This document shows positions 22,277-33,531 of a DNA stretch of 64,000 nucleotides, in pieces (within the stretch, counting starts at the first letter, position 1; each line of letters starts with the position of its first letter). Below the pieces are notes generated by a model. It had not been told where the DNA came from, searched no databases, and saw only the letters and a program-made list of their open reading frames with translations. The translations under genes were made by a program, and so were the position numbers. The stretch is from a virus, in the IMG/VR virus record IMGVR_UViG_3300041964_000082, positions 30,715 through 94,714 of that record, one strand, 5' to 3'.

Positions 22277-23522
22277 GGCAAGGTATATCGTTATGATATA
22301 CAATAGTAGCATGAAACTTCGCTACCGCTATCGTCTTTATCCCAATTCCGAGCAGGTTAAACTGCTCTCTAAGCTGTTTGGCTGCACTCGTGTAGTTTGG
22401 AACGACGCTTTAGCTTTTTGCCAGCAGACGTGGAAGGAGGGAATCAAATACCCTGGTGCTAGCGAGTTGATGAAGCAGTTCATCACACAAGCGAAAGCCA
22501 ATCCTTTGCGCTGCTGGTTAAGCGAGGTTTCTAACATCCCATTGCAACAGTCGATTCGAGATCTAGACGCTGCCTTTCGCAACTTCTGGAACTCGATCAA
22601 AGGCAGCCGCAAGGGGCAGAAAGTAAAGCCACCCAGGTTTAAGAAACGGCATTCTAGACAGACTGCCAGATTCACCACGGGTGGATTCAGCATCAAGGCT
22701 GAGAAGGTCTACTTTGCCAAGATTGGCAAGGTCAGAACGGTATGGAGTAGACCTTTGCCATCTACTCCATCCTCCGCAACTGTAATCAAGGATGCAGCCG
22801 GACGCTACTTTGTCAGCTTTGTCTGCGAAGTCGAGGTTGCTACACTGTCAACTTGCCCTAACGCGGTCGGCATAGACTTGGGCATCCAGACCTTTGCCGC
22901 CCTGAGCACGGGTGAGAAGATTGATGCCCCCAAGCCGCTCAAAGCTGCACTCAAAAAGCTCAAACGATTACAACAGAGCCTCAGCCGCAAGGTGAAAGGA
23001 TCAAAACGTAGAGAGCAAGCAAAGTTAGCCGTAGCGAAGCTTCACGCCTTCATTGCTGATGCCCGCACCGATTTCCTGCACAAACTCTCAACTCGACTGA
23101 TTCGCGAGAACCAAGCAATCAGTTTAGAAGACCTAAATGTGTCAGGGATGGTCAAGAACCGCAAACTCGCAAGAGCGATTAGCGATCTAGGGTGGAGAAC
23201 CTTTCGAGAGATGTTGGTCGCCAAAGGTGGGATGTATGGCCGTGAAGTCAGCATCATCAACCGTTGGGAGCCGACATCGCAAGCCTGCTCAAACTGTGGG
23301 CATCGTGGCGGCAAACTCAATTTGTCTGTCCGATTGTGGGAGTGCCTGTATTGCGGTGTAAGTCATGACCGAGACATCAACGCTGCCATAAACATCAAAG
23401 TCGCGGGAGGACATTCCGAGACTCAAAACGGACGTGGAGAGACTGTCAGACTGCCATTGGCAGCAGGTTTCAGTGAAGCGTCAACCCATCAATTAGGAGA
23501 GCAGCTATGCCTGGACTTCTAG
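22275..23522 (+). CDS. tnpB: RNA-guided endonuclease TnpB (likely start 22311)
   Basis: YRYRLYPN, RuvC GIDLG, LEDLNVSGM, CSNCG...CLYCG, HDRDINAAINI. Confidence 0.95.
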   Translation: MARYIVMIYNSSMKLRYRYRLYPNSEQVKLLSKLFGCTRVVWNDALAFCQQTWKEGIKYPGASELMKQFITQAKANPLRCWLSEVSNIPLQQSIRDLDAAFRNFWNSIKGSRKGQKVKPPRFKKRHSRQTARFTTGGFSIKAEKVYFAKIGKVRTVWSRPLPSTPSSATVIKDAAGRYFVSFVCEVEVATLSTCPNAVGIDLGIQTFAALSTGEKIDAPKPLKAALKKLKRLQQSLSRKVKGSKRREQAKLAVAKLHAFIADARTDFLHKLSTRLIRENQAISLEDLNVSGMVKNRKLARAISDLGWRTFREMLVAKGGMYGREVSIINRWEPTSQACSNCGHRGGKLNLSVRLWECLYCGVSHDRDINAAINIKVAGGHSETQNGRGETVRLPLAAGFSEASTHQLGEQLCLDF

Positions 23523-23931
23523 ATTGGGAATCCCCGTGCGTTCACGCCGGGGAGGATGTCAAATAAGCGACCTCTGCCTGCTCCCAGTTGTCGCTACTGA
23601 TTTTGATCTTGGATATGTGGCGTTCGCCAAACGATCGAGTCGGCATCGTTGAAAATATTGCACTTACTCTGGCATTGTCATGATCCCGGCTGGCTTCTTG
23701 CAGGTTGCTGATCGTCTGGTTTAGCATCTTTCCATCGAACAGAGAAATTTGCTCCAGTATCTCAGCGATCGGCAGGCAGTCATCCCAGCTTTGTGTGTTT
23801 TCGCTCATGGCTCGATCAAGTGCGATGAATAGATTCTAGCTGCCGACATTCTGCCGCAGAACGCCCCAACATCGAGTTGCGCGATCAGGCTTGGGGTCGC
23901 TGGGTGGGGAAGCGATCGATAAACTCTAAAA

Positions 23932-23983
23932 TTAATGGTTGACCATTAAAGTAGAATCGAGTATATTAATGGTGTACCAGTAA
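23932..23983 (+). promoter_or_regulatory. Promoter with two palindromic operators
   Basis: TTAATGGT-TG-ACCATTAA and TTAATGGT-GT-ACCAGTAA overlapping TTGACC-N17-TATATT. Confidence 0.75.
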
Positions 23984-24738
23984 ATCAAAAGGCGGTCAAA
24001 ATGCAGCCCAAAACATTTAGTAAAAAATGGTATCCCGGAATGCCTAAATTCTCAGATCCTTTAGATGAGATTGACTGGCTAGAAGAGTACGAAGCAAAAC
24101 ACGGATTGCGTGAGCCTGAATTTGATGTGGATGGAGCAATTGGAGAGATTGCAAAATATCTCCCAATGGATTCAAACCCATCCGAAGCCAACCTCTTGAG
24201 CAAAGCATACCAAGTAGCTGAGGGCGCGATGTCTGCCCAGGAAGCTGCAAATTTACTCAGCAGCAAGAAAATCGTTATCAAGAAAAGGTAGGGCAAAGCT
24301 AATGCTAGGTGAAGTGAAAAATATTGCCAATCTTGGCGTAAAGCCTGCTACAGGAGAACACTCCTATCAGGTTTTCAGAATGAAAAACGGGCACTACAAA
24401 GAGGCTCAATATCAGATTGGCACAGTATTTCAAATTGAGGAGGAAGGTGATTCAGGAAGAATGATTCTTCTTGACCCTGACGGAGATCGCGTTTTTGTGC
24501 CTGCCGAAGAGCGTCAATGCTTTGAGGAGGTAGATGACTCCCCAAAGTAAAACGCGGTCGCCCCGAAGGTTTCAGCCCTATCAACGGTGAAGGTGGGGCC
24601 ATGCTCAAAAAGAGCAAAGCATGGTCAATGCCTGACGAGGACTGGAAGTGGCTAGAGTCTCAAGATAACCAGTCCGAAACGCTTCGACAGGCGATCGCGT
24701 TTTACCGACAGCAGTCAGAATAGACGCGCAGCCAACAG

Positions 24739-24783
24739 AAAAACCGCAGCACTGGGCTGAAAAGCTTGCGTACTGCGGTTTTG
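24739..24783. terminator. Bidirectional terminator
   Basis: AAAAACCGCAG...CTGCGGTTTTT between convergent genes. Confidence 0.7.
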
Positions 24784-25461
24784 GCGTGGTTTGTACTAGC
24801 GATCGATCTAGCGTCGTCTCAGCTTGTCATTGGCGCTATTCCAAACAGCATCAACCATGATTTCTACCAAATCGCTTGTAATCCGATCTTTAACCATCTG
24901 CTCTAGGGTTGCATGAAAATCTCTTTGCACAATTATCTGAATTTGCCGCAAGATTTCTTCCTCGACAACCTTCTTGATCGGGTTGTCATAAGTGGCAGAC
25001 AGTTTGCCAATCTGCTGCTCAATCTCGGTCTTTAATTTGTCGCCAATTACGCTGTTAAGAATGGCATCAGAAACCATTTGATTGATCTGCTCTGCGTCGA
25101 TGTTGACTTGAATACTCATTGAAAATTCCTGTTTGTTTGGTTTGTACTAGTGGTTAGTAAAGGAACTTTGCCCTGTCATCTCGACATGAATGGTCTTGTC
25201 TTGATCGTCACACCACACAATGCCGTCTGCATCCCATAGTTTTCTAGTGCCTTCAAGAGCATTTTTTATGCCCTCTGTTTTCGCCACCGTGTCTGCCAGG
25301 TGAACAAGCTTGACGCCTGCGGTCAATTCTCTTAGGCAGTCGTCAAGGCGATCGGGTGGAATGTCCAGCAGATCAGAGATCGATCGGATTGTGTATTTGG
25401 TGTGTTGCGTCATGGCGTTTTGTGGGTGGTTAGCGCAGGACTGGAGAGCCGCGATCGATGC

Positions 25462-25893
25462 TCAACCATTCACCAACCAATTTAATACCATTGGCAGTAA
25501 GTATCGCCAGGTCACCGTAATGCCGATCGCAATACACAGCCAGCGCTGTATTTCGCTAGAGATTTGATCTTGCCACAACAGCCGCCGATTGGGCTTTTCC
25601 TTGCGCTTATTGAGGGGTGGTCGATGCTTAGCTATGGCGATCGCTTCTTCGTGCTTAAGTTTTCGCTCATTCTTTATGATTCGATACTCAATATGAGTTG
25701 CGCCTAAAGCATCGAGCTGTTTTTCTCGATGGTGACTGCCGTAGCCAAAATTATTGCCCCATCGTTCATGCAAATTTTTGCTGATGCCGATGTAAAGCAG
25801 CTTGCGGGTAAATGGGTTGCGACCTGCGTAGACATAATAGATGCCAGGTTCTTTCGGGAGAGAGGCGCGATCGCTCCAAGGAATGGATTTCAT
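25462..25893 (-). CDS. GIY-YIG domain protein with a C-terminal hydrophobic segment
   Basis: PGIYYVY...LLYIGISKNLHERW...RPPLN. Confidence 0.78.
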   Translation of the reverse strand: MKSIPWSDRASLPKEPGIYYVYAGRNPFTRKLLYIGISKNLHERWGNNFGYGSHHREKQLDALGATHIEYRIIKNERKLKHEEAIAIAKHRPPLNKRKEKPNRRLLWQDQISSEIQRWLCIAIGITVTWRYLLPMVLNWLVNG

Positions 25894-27587
25894 TGGGCAG
25901 ATTCTCCAAATTCTCTCGCTATTTCTCTTTCAATTTTGCCTTCATCCCAATCCAAAATATAAGGTGGTTTTGTCAGGCGATGCAGGCGCGATCGATAAAG
26001 CGATCGCAGTTCTTCAGAATGTGGACTTTCAAATATGGAACCTAGCCAAAAATCAGGATCGTTCAGTGGTGTATCAATTCCTAACTTATTGCATTTAGCA
26101 GCCGCTGCATAGGGATTCCATTCATTCAAATACGCAATTTTGCGCCATTGGCGAAAGTAAGCGATCGCTCCTTCTCTCGACTGCTTGGCGCTGAGTTCGC
26201 TGCCCAGAGTTAGCAACTTGCCTGTAGCTGGATCAACCAAGAAAACGCTCGATCGCGGCTGCTCAGCTTGGCAGTGAGGGCAGACAATCATGCAGGCTAG
26301 AATGCTTTTCTTGCAGCTAGCACAGCGCTTCTGAGGTGCATCACCTTCTAGCTTGGCAACAGGTGACAAGATCGAGTGATCGATTGATTCACTTAAATCT
26401 TCAATTTTGGGATGCAGCCCACTATCGCCAAGCTGCACATTACCCGCAAAATCAAACACATGGCCTGATTGCTTACCAGATGCAGAGCAAGGGCGCGATA
26501 CTCTGCCAACCGCCTGCACATAGCGATCGCGGCTTTTGATTGCTCTGAATAGCAACGCCGACTGAGTACAGGGCATATCCCAGCCTGTAGACAAAGCTTG
26601 AACACATAGCAGGTTAGTTTGCCCTGTCTCATACTCAACCATCAGTCGTTCGTAGTCGGCTTGCTTTGTCTCTTCACCGATGATTTCAAAGCGATGCCCT
26701 AACCTGCTTGCAATTGCTTGCACCCGTTCAATTTGGCTGAATCCCCCTTGCTTAGGCTTGCAAAAACCAACAGCATGAATCGGCGCGATCTGTTGCTGCT
26801 GACAGGTATTGAGCCACTGTTGCAGCATCCACTCGATCGCGCTGTCAGAGTCCAGATCGAGCTTTTCTTTGTCCTTCAGCGGGCGAATGAGAGAATGATA
26901 GACCAATGGCGACAAATAGCCCTTTGCCTGCATCTGCCTGTAAGAGGGCAATGTAACAACTGCGGTATGCCGCTCTAAATCTCCATGCCGCAGATCCACA
27001 CCCATCGATCGATTAAATGGCGTAGCGGTGAAGCTGATGATCTTCTTCCACTGCCAGCGCTTGTAAATATCTTCTACTTCCTTAAAAAAACTGCCTGTGT
27101 GCCCTTCATCAATCAACACCACTGCGCTATCAGATAGCCACTGATGGAGCGCAGGACGTGATGCAAGCGTTTGCAGCGTGACGATCTGAATCGGTGCATG
27201 AATGTCTTCAAGCTCAGGAAATGCACCTGAAAGCACCCCGTACCTGCCAGCTAAACCCATGCGATCGAGCGCACCGACCATCTGAGTGTGATTGGTTGCC
27301 GACCTTGTAACAACGCAGTTGAAGGGCACTAGAATCGCGCATTTCTGCCGTGCATTGTAGGCTTGACGAGCGATCGCAGCTTGCAGGTTGGTTTTGCCTG
27401 TGCCAGGTGATCCGCTCACCAAAATCCGGCTATGACCTTGATAAAAACAGCGATCGATTTCCGCGATCGCTGTTTTCTGATAGTCCCTCAGCTTGACCAG
27501 CGGTTGAGGGAGATAGGAAGGAAGAATGGGCGATCTCATGGTTGCGCTATCTTTCCCACTCACGCCAAACAACAAATGAAACAGCAA
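25890..27587 (-). CDS. SF2 (DEAD/ResIII-like) helicase with a C-terminal Zn finger
   Basis: LRDYQ, GSPGTGKT, IDEGH, TATP, TGWDMP, QAVGRVSR, DFAGN, CxxC...CPHC. Confidence 0.9.
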   Translation of the reverse strand: MLFHLLFGVSGKDSATMRSPILPSYLPQPLVKLRDYQKTAIAEIDRCFYQGHSRILVSGSPGTGKTNLQAAIARQAYNARQKCAILVPFNCVVTRSATNHTQMVGALDRMGLAGRYGVLSGAFPELEDIHAPIQIVTLQTLASRPALHQWLSDSAVVLIDEGHTGSFFKEVEDIYKRWQWKKIISFTATPFNRSMGVDLRHGDLERHTAVVTLPSYRQMQAKGYLSPLVYHSLIRPLKDKEKLDLDSDSAIEWMLQQWLNTCQQQQIAPIHAVGFCKPKQGGFSQIERVQAIASRLGHRFEIIGEETKQADYERLMVEYETGQTNLLCVQALSTGWDMPCTQSALLFRAIKSRDRYVQAVGRVSRPCSASGKQSGHVFDFAGNVQLGDSGLHPKIEDLSESIDHSILSPVAKLEGDAPQKRCASCKKSILACMIVCPHCQAEQPRSSVFLVDPATGKLLTLGSELSAKQSREGAIAYFRQWRKIAYLNEWNPYAAAAKCNKLGIDTPLNDPDFWLGSIFESPHSEELRSLYRSRLHRLTKPPYILDWDEGKIEREIAREFGESAQ

Positions 27588-27898
27588 ACAATACGGTGAT
27601 TAGCAAAAGCCAGATCAACGGCGTATTTGTCCACGCTCCAAACAAAGAGATTGCAAAACTGAATGCAATAACTGCCGTATGTTCAGAGGAAGTCATGACT
27701 CTTTCCCCTTAGCTCCCAAAACAATTGCATTCAGAGCGGATTCACTTACAGAGTAGTAATAGCAGTCTGATCCCATGTTCAAGAATTCGGCATAGCTTTG
27801 TGCTTCTGCAAGAGTCTTGAAACCCGATTTATAAAGTCTTCTTGTTGAAGGCCATCCTTCTTCCCATATAGAGTAATTGTCTTCCCTGGATTGATGTG

Positions 27899-30318
27899 TC
27901 ATGACTGTTCACCTCGAATAATGCTTGCTTTGCCATTATTTACTTCGATCGCTTTCCCTGGATTCGATCGCCATATGTCGATCAACTCTTGAGGCAATTT
28001 GCCAGCCTTCGCTTCAAACCAACTATCAACCAGAGCAGCAGGTACAAGATAATGCGCTGGCTCTGTTGTTGGTTGAGCCGCTTCAGGGTCAAAGTCACCC
28101 GTAGGATCAGCCATTGTTGCTGTAGCTGTCTGCGGCTGTTGCTGGGCTTGCTGGAGTGCCTGCCGTGCTTCGTAGTTGGGAGGTCTAACACCGATTACCT
28201 CAGCAAATTCCTCATGCCGATCGATGGGGATTAGGCCATACAACTGCTCAGCTTCGTCAATTTCTTTGAGCTTTTCACCGATTTGAATTTCTTTGCGGAT
28301 GCGTTCTGATTTGACTTCTTTTTCCAGTCCCTCAGCGCGATCGAGAGAGGCTACCTCATCCTCACGAATGCGCTCAACTGCCACTGACACACCGAAGAAG
28401 GCGATCGCCGCTAGCAGCCTGCCTGAGTTGGCAGGATTCTTGGGCTGCATTAAACAGGCGAGTAGCAAGCATCCACCGAAGATTCCCAGCCCTGTAGAGA
28501 GGCGATCGAATAGTGACACCGACTGCTTTTTAGCTGTCTTGTGCTGATGAAATAGGTTCATGGCAACACCTGCTGATACTGCGGCTGGTAGGGCTGTGCA
28601 GGTGGTGCAGGCTGAAATAGCAGCGACATTGCAAACGAGCAAACGATCGCGCTTAGCGCTCCCCAAAACAGGCAGGTGTTTCGTAATTCTTGGATCTCGG
28701 TTGCCTGTCGTCGCTGTTCACGCTTGAGAATGTGGATTTCATCATCGATCGCTGCGATGTCTGCCGCAATTCTGCGCGTGTTGTCGCCTGTCAGTCGATG
28801 ATAGGTTTGCGCGGCTTGCGCTGCTCGTTCTGCTTCTACTGTACTGTCTTGAATTTGCCAGGATTCTCGTAATTGATGCACTTGCTTTCCTCCTTCAGAT
28901 AAGCTTGCCGATGCCGATTACTGCGGCGACCGACAGGCAAAACAAAATGGCATAGGGTAAAAATCGGGATGGGAAAAGTTGAGGCTCCACTTGGAACTCT
29001 TCGCCTGATTCTTGAGCTTTGGCAAGCATGAACGCCAGTACGATCGCCCCTACTCCAAGCACAAAGCTGATAAATAGAGTGGTCATTCCGAGTGATGCTG
29101 TTACCGAAAAATGCCCCGTTGCCAGCAATAGCGCGATCAGCAGTCCTGATTCGTTCCACCATTCAAAAAAGGGTCTGAGAGCTTTCATGGCAACCACTCC
29201 TGAATTTGGTTGATTGGATTGAGTGCGGTTAGCTGCTGCTGAGCTTTTAGGGCAACGTAGGCACTGCCAGCGGCGATCGTCGTTGCGGTCAGGATGCCGC
29301 ACATAAAGCCGATCGAGAATCGAATCATGTTTTACCTCTAACGCTTTATGAGAAAAGAAAGAAAAGCGCGATCATGACGATCGCGCTACCAGGAAATGAT
29401 GCTAGATCGCAAACCGAGATGCGGCTTGACTGATTGCAGTGTTAAATGATGCCTTAGCATGGCCTTCACTAAGTTTGTGCTGTGCTTCGGCGTTGATTTG
29501 GGCAACTGCTTGACCTGCCTCGCCTGCTGCCATCGCAATATTGGCGCGACTTTTGGCGGCTGCTACATAGCCTTTTGTAGCAGCGATCAATGGCTTTTCA
29601 AGCATTTGCATTGTGTGGGCATCACGAATAACTGCGCCAATTTCTGCGCCAAGAGTACGCGCTTTTTCTTGAGTGAGTGGACGCTGAATTGCCTGCACAC
29701 CACGCATGATCTTTTGTCCGTTCTGCCGATCGATTGCGTTATTTTTGCCAACCGCTAGCAGCGCAGCATTGCTGATACCAAGCCCGTTAGTCGCAATCGC
29801 AACACTGGATTCACTTTGTGTATTCACTCGACTGATGCCCTGACTGACTGCTCGAACTAAACCCATGAGTCGATCCTCCAATAATCAGTAGTGCTGTAGC
29901 TGTGCCCGCTACTAGCAGGACTTTGTTTGCAGTATCTAAGCGATTAATTGCCGACGCCGATCGCCTCAGCAAGCTCGACATTCGCAGCGTCACCCAAACG
30001 ATCGAGGGCATCCGCTGTAAATCGATCGAGAGTTGCCGCAATTCTTTCATCGACACGCCGAAAGGAGTCGGCTAGCTTGCGATCCACCTCCTGCATTTTG
30101 CGTTCGACGTGGGATTCAAGGTTCGTAGCATTCGATTCAATCTTTGCGGCAAGGCGATCGACTTCACCGATCATCTTTTGATGCTGCGTGTCGGCATTGC
30201 GATCGGCTTGCGCCAACTTGTCAGCGATTGATCGACTGCCTGACTTTGCTAGCTTGCCGTTACTGTCGCCATTGAGTGAGGGGCGATCGGGTTGCTTGGG
30301 TAGACCTTCTAGAGCCAT
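27899..30318 (-). CDS. Operon of about five small membrane and coiled-coil proteins
   Basis: Tightly packed ORFs 27899-28561, 28558-28881, 28895-29188, 29402-29868 and 29944-30318; the first three have TM helices. Confidence 0.55.
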
Positions 30319-30462
30319 ATGACATCTCCTGAATTTGCTCTTTTTCGGACAATAACACAGGTTACCGTTATTTGGTACAAATTCGGGCTTATTTTGGACA
30401 CCTAGCGAAAATTCACTGTAGAATGACACCTAATCAGCCATACCGTAGGATTAAAAGCATCC

Positions 30463-30756
30463 ATGCCAGATACACTCATGCCCGCTAAAGACGATCGACT
30501 CCGCATTTCCTCGCTTGGGGAGTACTACGAAGACTTGCTTGCAGTTGACAGCCGCATCAACGATCGAACACCTGCACAGCAAGGATCGAGCTTGCTGTGT
30601 GCAAAACTCCAAGAGCGAGAGCAGCGCATTAAAGATCGGGTGGGCTATTTGGCGTGGAAACGTGGGTTGTCGTTTGATGAAATGTGGAAGCAGTTGGTGC
30701 AGGACAACTACAGCAAAATCACCCCAGAAGAAGCGGTATTTCTAAGGGAAGAGTAG
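30463..30756 (+). CDS. Hypothetical DNA-binding protein
   Basis: Small basic/acidic ORF divergent from the membrane operon. Confidence 0.5.
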   Translation: MPDTLMPAKDDRLRISSLGEYYEDLLAVDSRINDRTPAQQGSSLLCAKLQEREQRIKDRVGYLAWKRGLSFDEMWKQLVQDNYSKITPEEAVFLREE

Positions 30757-30855
30757 TTTTCGGCCTGTCTGTACTGCGGCAGCAGGCAAAATCAGTAGAT
30801 CAAAGGCTCCGCAGAAACTTTTGCGGAGTTTTTATTAATTGCAGGGGTTTCGAGA

Positions 30856-31386
30856 ATGACCACTCAGGATATCTACAGCAGCGCATCAGCTCGAAAGATT
30901 TGCACATTGCTCTATGGCAAGGCAATTCATCCGAGTACTTGGGCGAGTTGGCGAAAACTCGCAGATATTGATAGCAACCAAAAGAGGCTAACCAAACATC
31001 AATACCTTTTGGTTTGCGCGATCGCTTACATCAGAAGCATCCACCCTAAAAAGCATCTGACCTGGAGCTTTGTAGAACCTGTGATGCTTGAAATTGAATT
31101 GCACATTGCAGCGGCTCTTAAAAGAACTTCTGCTGCATACAAAATTGCCAACAAAGCGATTAAACCTTCCAAGGAGTCGCGGCTTATTAAAGGCAGAGAT
31201 ATTCCGTCTTACTTGAAAAGCAGAGGGATTAATCCGCCTCATATCAGCACTGTCTATAGAAAAATTGCAGGCTTTTCGCTGGAAGAATACTACAGCGATC
31301 GCCAAGTTCTGGCAATTTTCAAGCACCACAAGTCAATTCAGAGCTTCAATCGAACCTATAAAATCAGATCCCTACAGTTTGCTTAG
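30856..31386 (+). CDS. Hypothetical protein with HTH-like segments
   Basis: IHPSTWASWR; PHISTVYRK. Confidence 0.5.
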   Translation: MTTQDIYSSASARKICTLLYGKAIHPSTWASWRKLADIDSNQKRLTKHQYLLVCAIAYIRSIHPKKHLTWSFVEPVMLEIELHIAAALKRTSAAYKIANKAIKPSKESRLIKGRDIPSYLKSRGINPPHISTVYRKIAGFSLEEYYSDRQVLAIFKHHKSIQSFNRTYKIRSLQFA

Positions 31387-32368
31387 TTTTTGAGATGCAA
31401 TTATAAAGATCCAGACTGGGTAAGGGTTTCAGCGATTGGCGGATCAATACAGTATGGATTTCGCACTATTTTTGCCTGTTTTGCAATCGCTGAAACTCTT
31501 GCCCAGAAAGGATTCGCACGGAGTTGGCGATCGCCTGTTTTCTTGCGAACGTCGATCGGGCTTAAATCGACTCAATCGTTCGTCCCGCAAAGGTTGTAGG
31601 CGTTTTGCAAACACGATCGATCGGCTGAGGTTTGGCTACCAACTGCTCAGCAGCGCGATCCGGTAGGTTTGTACGCCAAGTAGTATCGAATCGCTTACGC
31701 GCCAAACCACTTGGACTATCCTTTTCCGCTTTAGCTCGATCGCGCAGTGCTTCGATGTCGTGACTACTCAATCGGAGTGGAAAGACTAAAAGCTTAGTGG
31801 TCATTGATGCTGCTTTGAGAGTGCTTATACCCTGTCTAACGGCATCTCAGGGATAAAAGCAACGTTTGGACGACTATCTTGATTTGTGTTGCAAAGTCTT
31901 TACATTTGCTGCCCGATCGCCCCTTATGACAGATTTCTCCCAATGCTCCCACTAAGGCGTAGCGTCAGACATTCTCAGTGCTTGCTTCTAGAAGCTGGAT
32001 TGACGGGAATTCATCAGGCAGCGCAATCTTGACCTTTAGAGTTAGCAACAGCGATCGAATGCTGCCATAGGTTTCGCCACCGCGACAGTCAGTAAGCAGA
32101 TCGAGCGGAATCAGTCGCTCGCCCGCGATCGTCGTTCTCCAGCCAATTTTGTTCGTGCGGCTGGCGTTAAAAGACTCGATCTCAGCAACGCGAGAAGCTG
32201 GAAGCAGTAGCCAGCGATTCTTGAGCCAATCTCTTGCACTAACTGAAAACCCTTTACCAGAAGCGGGGCGCAGCAGACGGGCGAGATCTTGCTGAATTTC
32301 AGCAGACGCCTCGGCAAAAGATCGATCGCCGTTGGCAAAGAATGCTTCGACTTCCTCGGTTGTCGCCA

Positions 32369-33176
32369 TTAAACGTTTCTCCCCATTGCCGTCTCTTTGG
32401 CCTGAATTCCGTTGTAATAGTTTGTGTGTTGTGCTGCCGTCAAGCCTCGTCCTACGCCAATGTGAGTCATGAGTCGATTGGCAAAATTCGCAGGCCCAGC
32501 CGTCACATTAAACGCAAAAGCGTAAATTGAGTTTGTCGGCAACGTTCCCGCTGAACTGCTGATAGAAGCTAAAGATGTTGCATTGCGATAAATTGCCGCT
32601 GAGTTGTTGGCGGTTCGGTTGCCTGTGAATAGTCCTAGCGTGTTTGTGTTTGAGGTTGATGTGCGAGAGGTTTGATTTGAGTAGCAATCAAAAGTGAAAA
32701 CATCGCTGGCCGAAGCGTGAAGCAAAAAAGATGAGGATCCAGACAAATAGGCTCCAATATCAACCGCCCCGGTTGATCCGCTTTGCTGCCTGCGAGAATA
32801 AAAGGCTAACCGCCCAGACGTAGACGTAGAAACTTCTGAAGGAATGATGCCAAGATCCAAGTATTTTGAGATTATTGCTTCGTTCCAGCATCCAGTCCAG
32901 TCGCTTCCGTCCAATCCCCTGCACGAAAGTTAACGATGAAATAGTCTTGCCTGTTGGGATGTATAGAGGCGTCAATGCAGCAGCAAGATTTGTCCCCAAG
33001 AACGGCATCTCTAGCCCGATGCGGATGGTCGAGAGAATGCCTGCAAGCTCCCACCGTAAGCACCATGCTGTTCGCAAGGCATCGAATGCCGTGCCCGATA
33101 TCGTCCCACCCGCAGTCGTAGCGCGATCGAACCAACTCACAACGTCAGGATGGGGCTCGTAAATGCCTGAGAGCAT
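32369..33176 (-). CDS. Virion protein with a LamG/concanavalin-like C-terminus (frameshifted)
   Basis: Ser/Thr-rich beta domain ending HIGVGRGLTAAQHTNYYNGIQA. Confidence 0.55.
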
Positions 33177-33531
33177 TAGACTGCCGCTCCATGAAAGACC
33201 CAGGTGTTAGCCGACAAACGTCTCAGCACGATCGACTTGTAGCGAGCAGTAATGACCACAGTCGTTGCTGCTCCGTTCAAGGTGACGTTGGTTGCAGGCG
33301 CGATCGAAACCGTGCCAGCACCATTCCGCGCAACAACAATCTCAGCGTTGTCGCTAAAAGGTACTGGCAGGGATAGTGATCGTGAATGCTGAGCGTTCGT
33401 GCAGTTTTGATAGGTGAGGTTGTCTGACAGTGCCAGCGTTTTGATGCTGTGACTGTAACGATAGGGTAGGCAGCGACACCGCCGCCGCTGCCAGAGATCG
33501 AAGGGGAAGCAATTGTTCCGTATTGCATGGC

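Larger units (their letters stand above)
22108..23562 (+). mobile_element. IS200/IS605-family element lacking TnpA (TnpB plus RHH), inserted after TGAC
   Basis: Left end TGAC|CAAATA...CAAG followed by hairpin CCGTCGT-TT-ACGACGG; right end GAAT-CCCCG..CGGGG-AGGATGTCAA; removing it restores an open frame. Confidence 0.88.
21928..23808 (-). pseudogene. Hypothetical gene interrupted by the IS605 element
   Basis: Joining 23563 to 22107 gives one frame ...QAEVAY|VIGKTIGK...WYG*. Confidence 0.6.

Noticed and set aside
22108-23565. CAAATA at both IS ends as a target-site duplication
   Set aside because: IS605 elements make no TSD; the overlap is explained by the left end starting CAAA and the right end finishing TCAA
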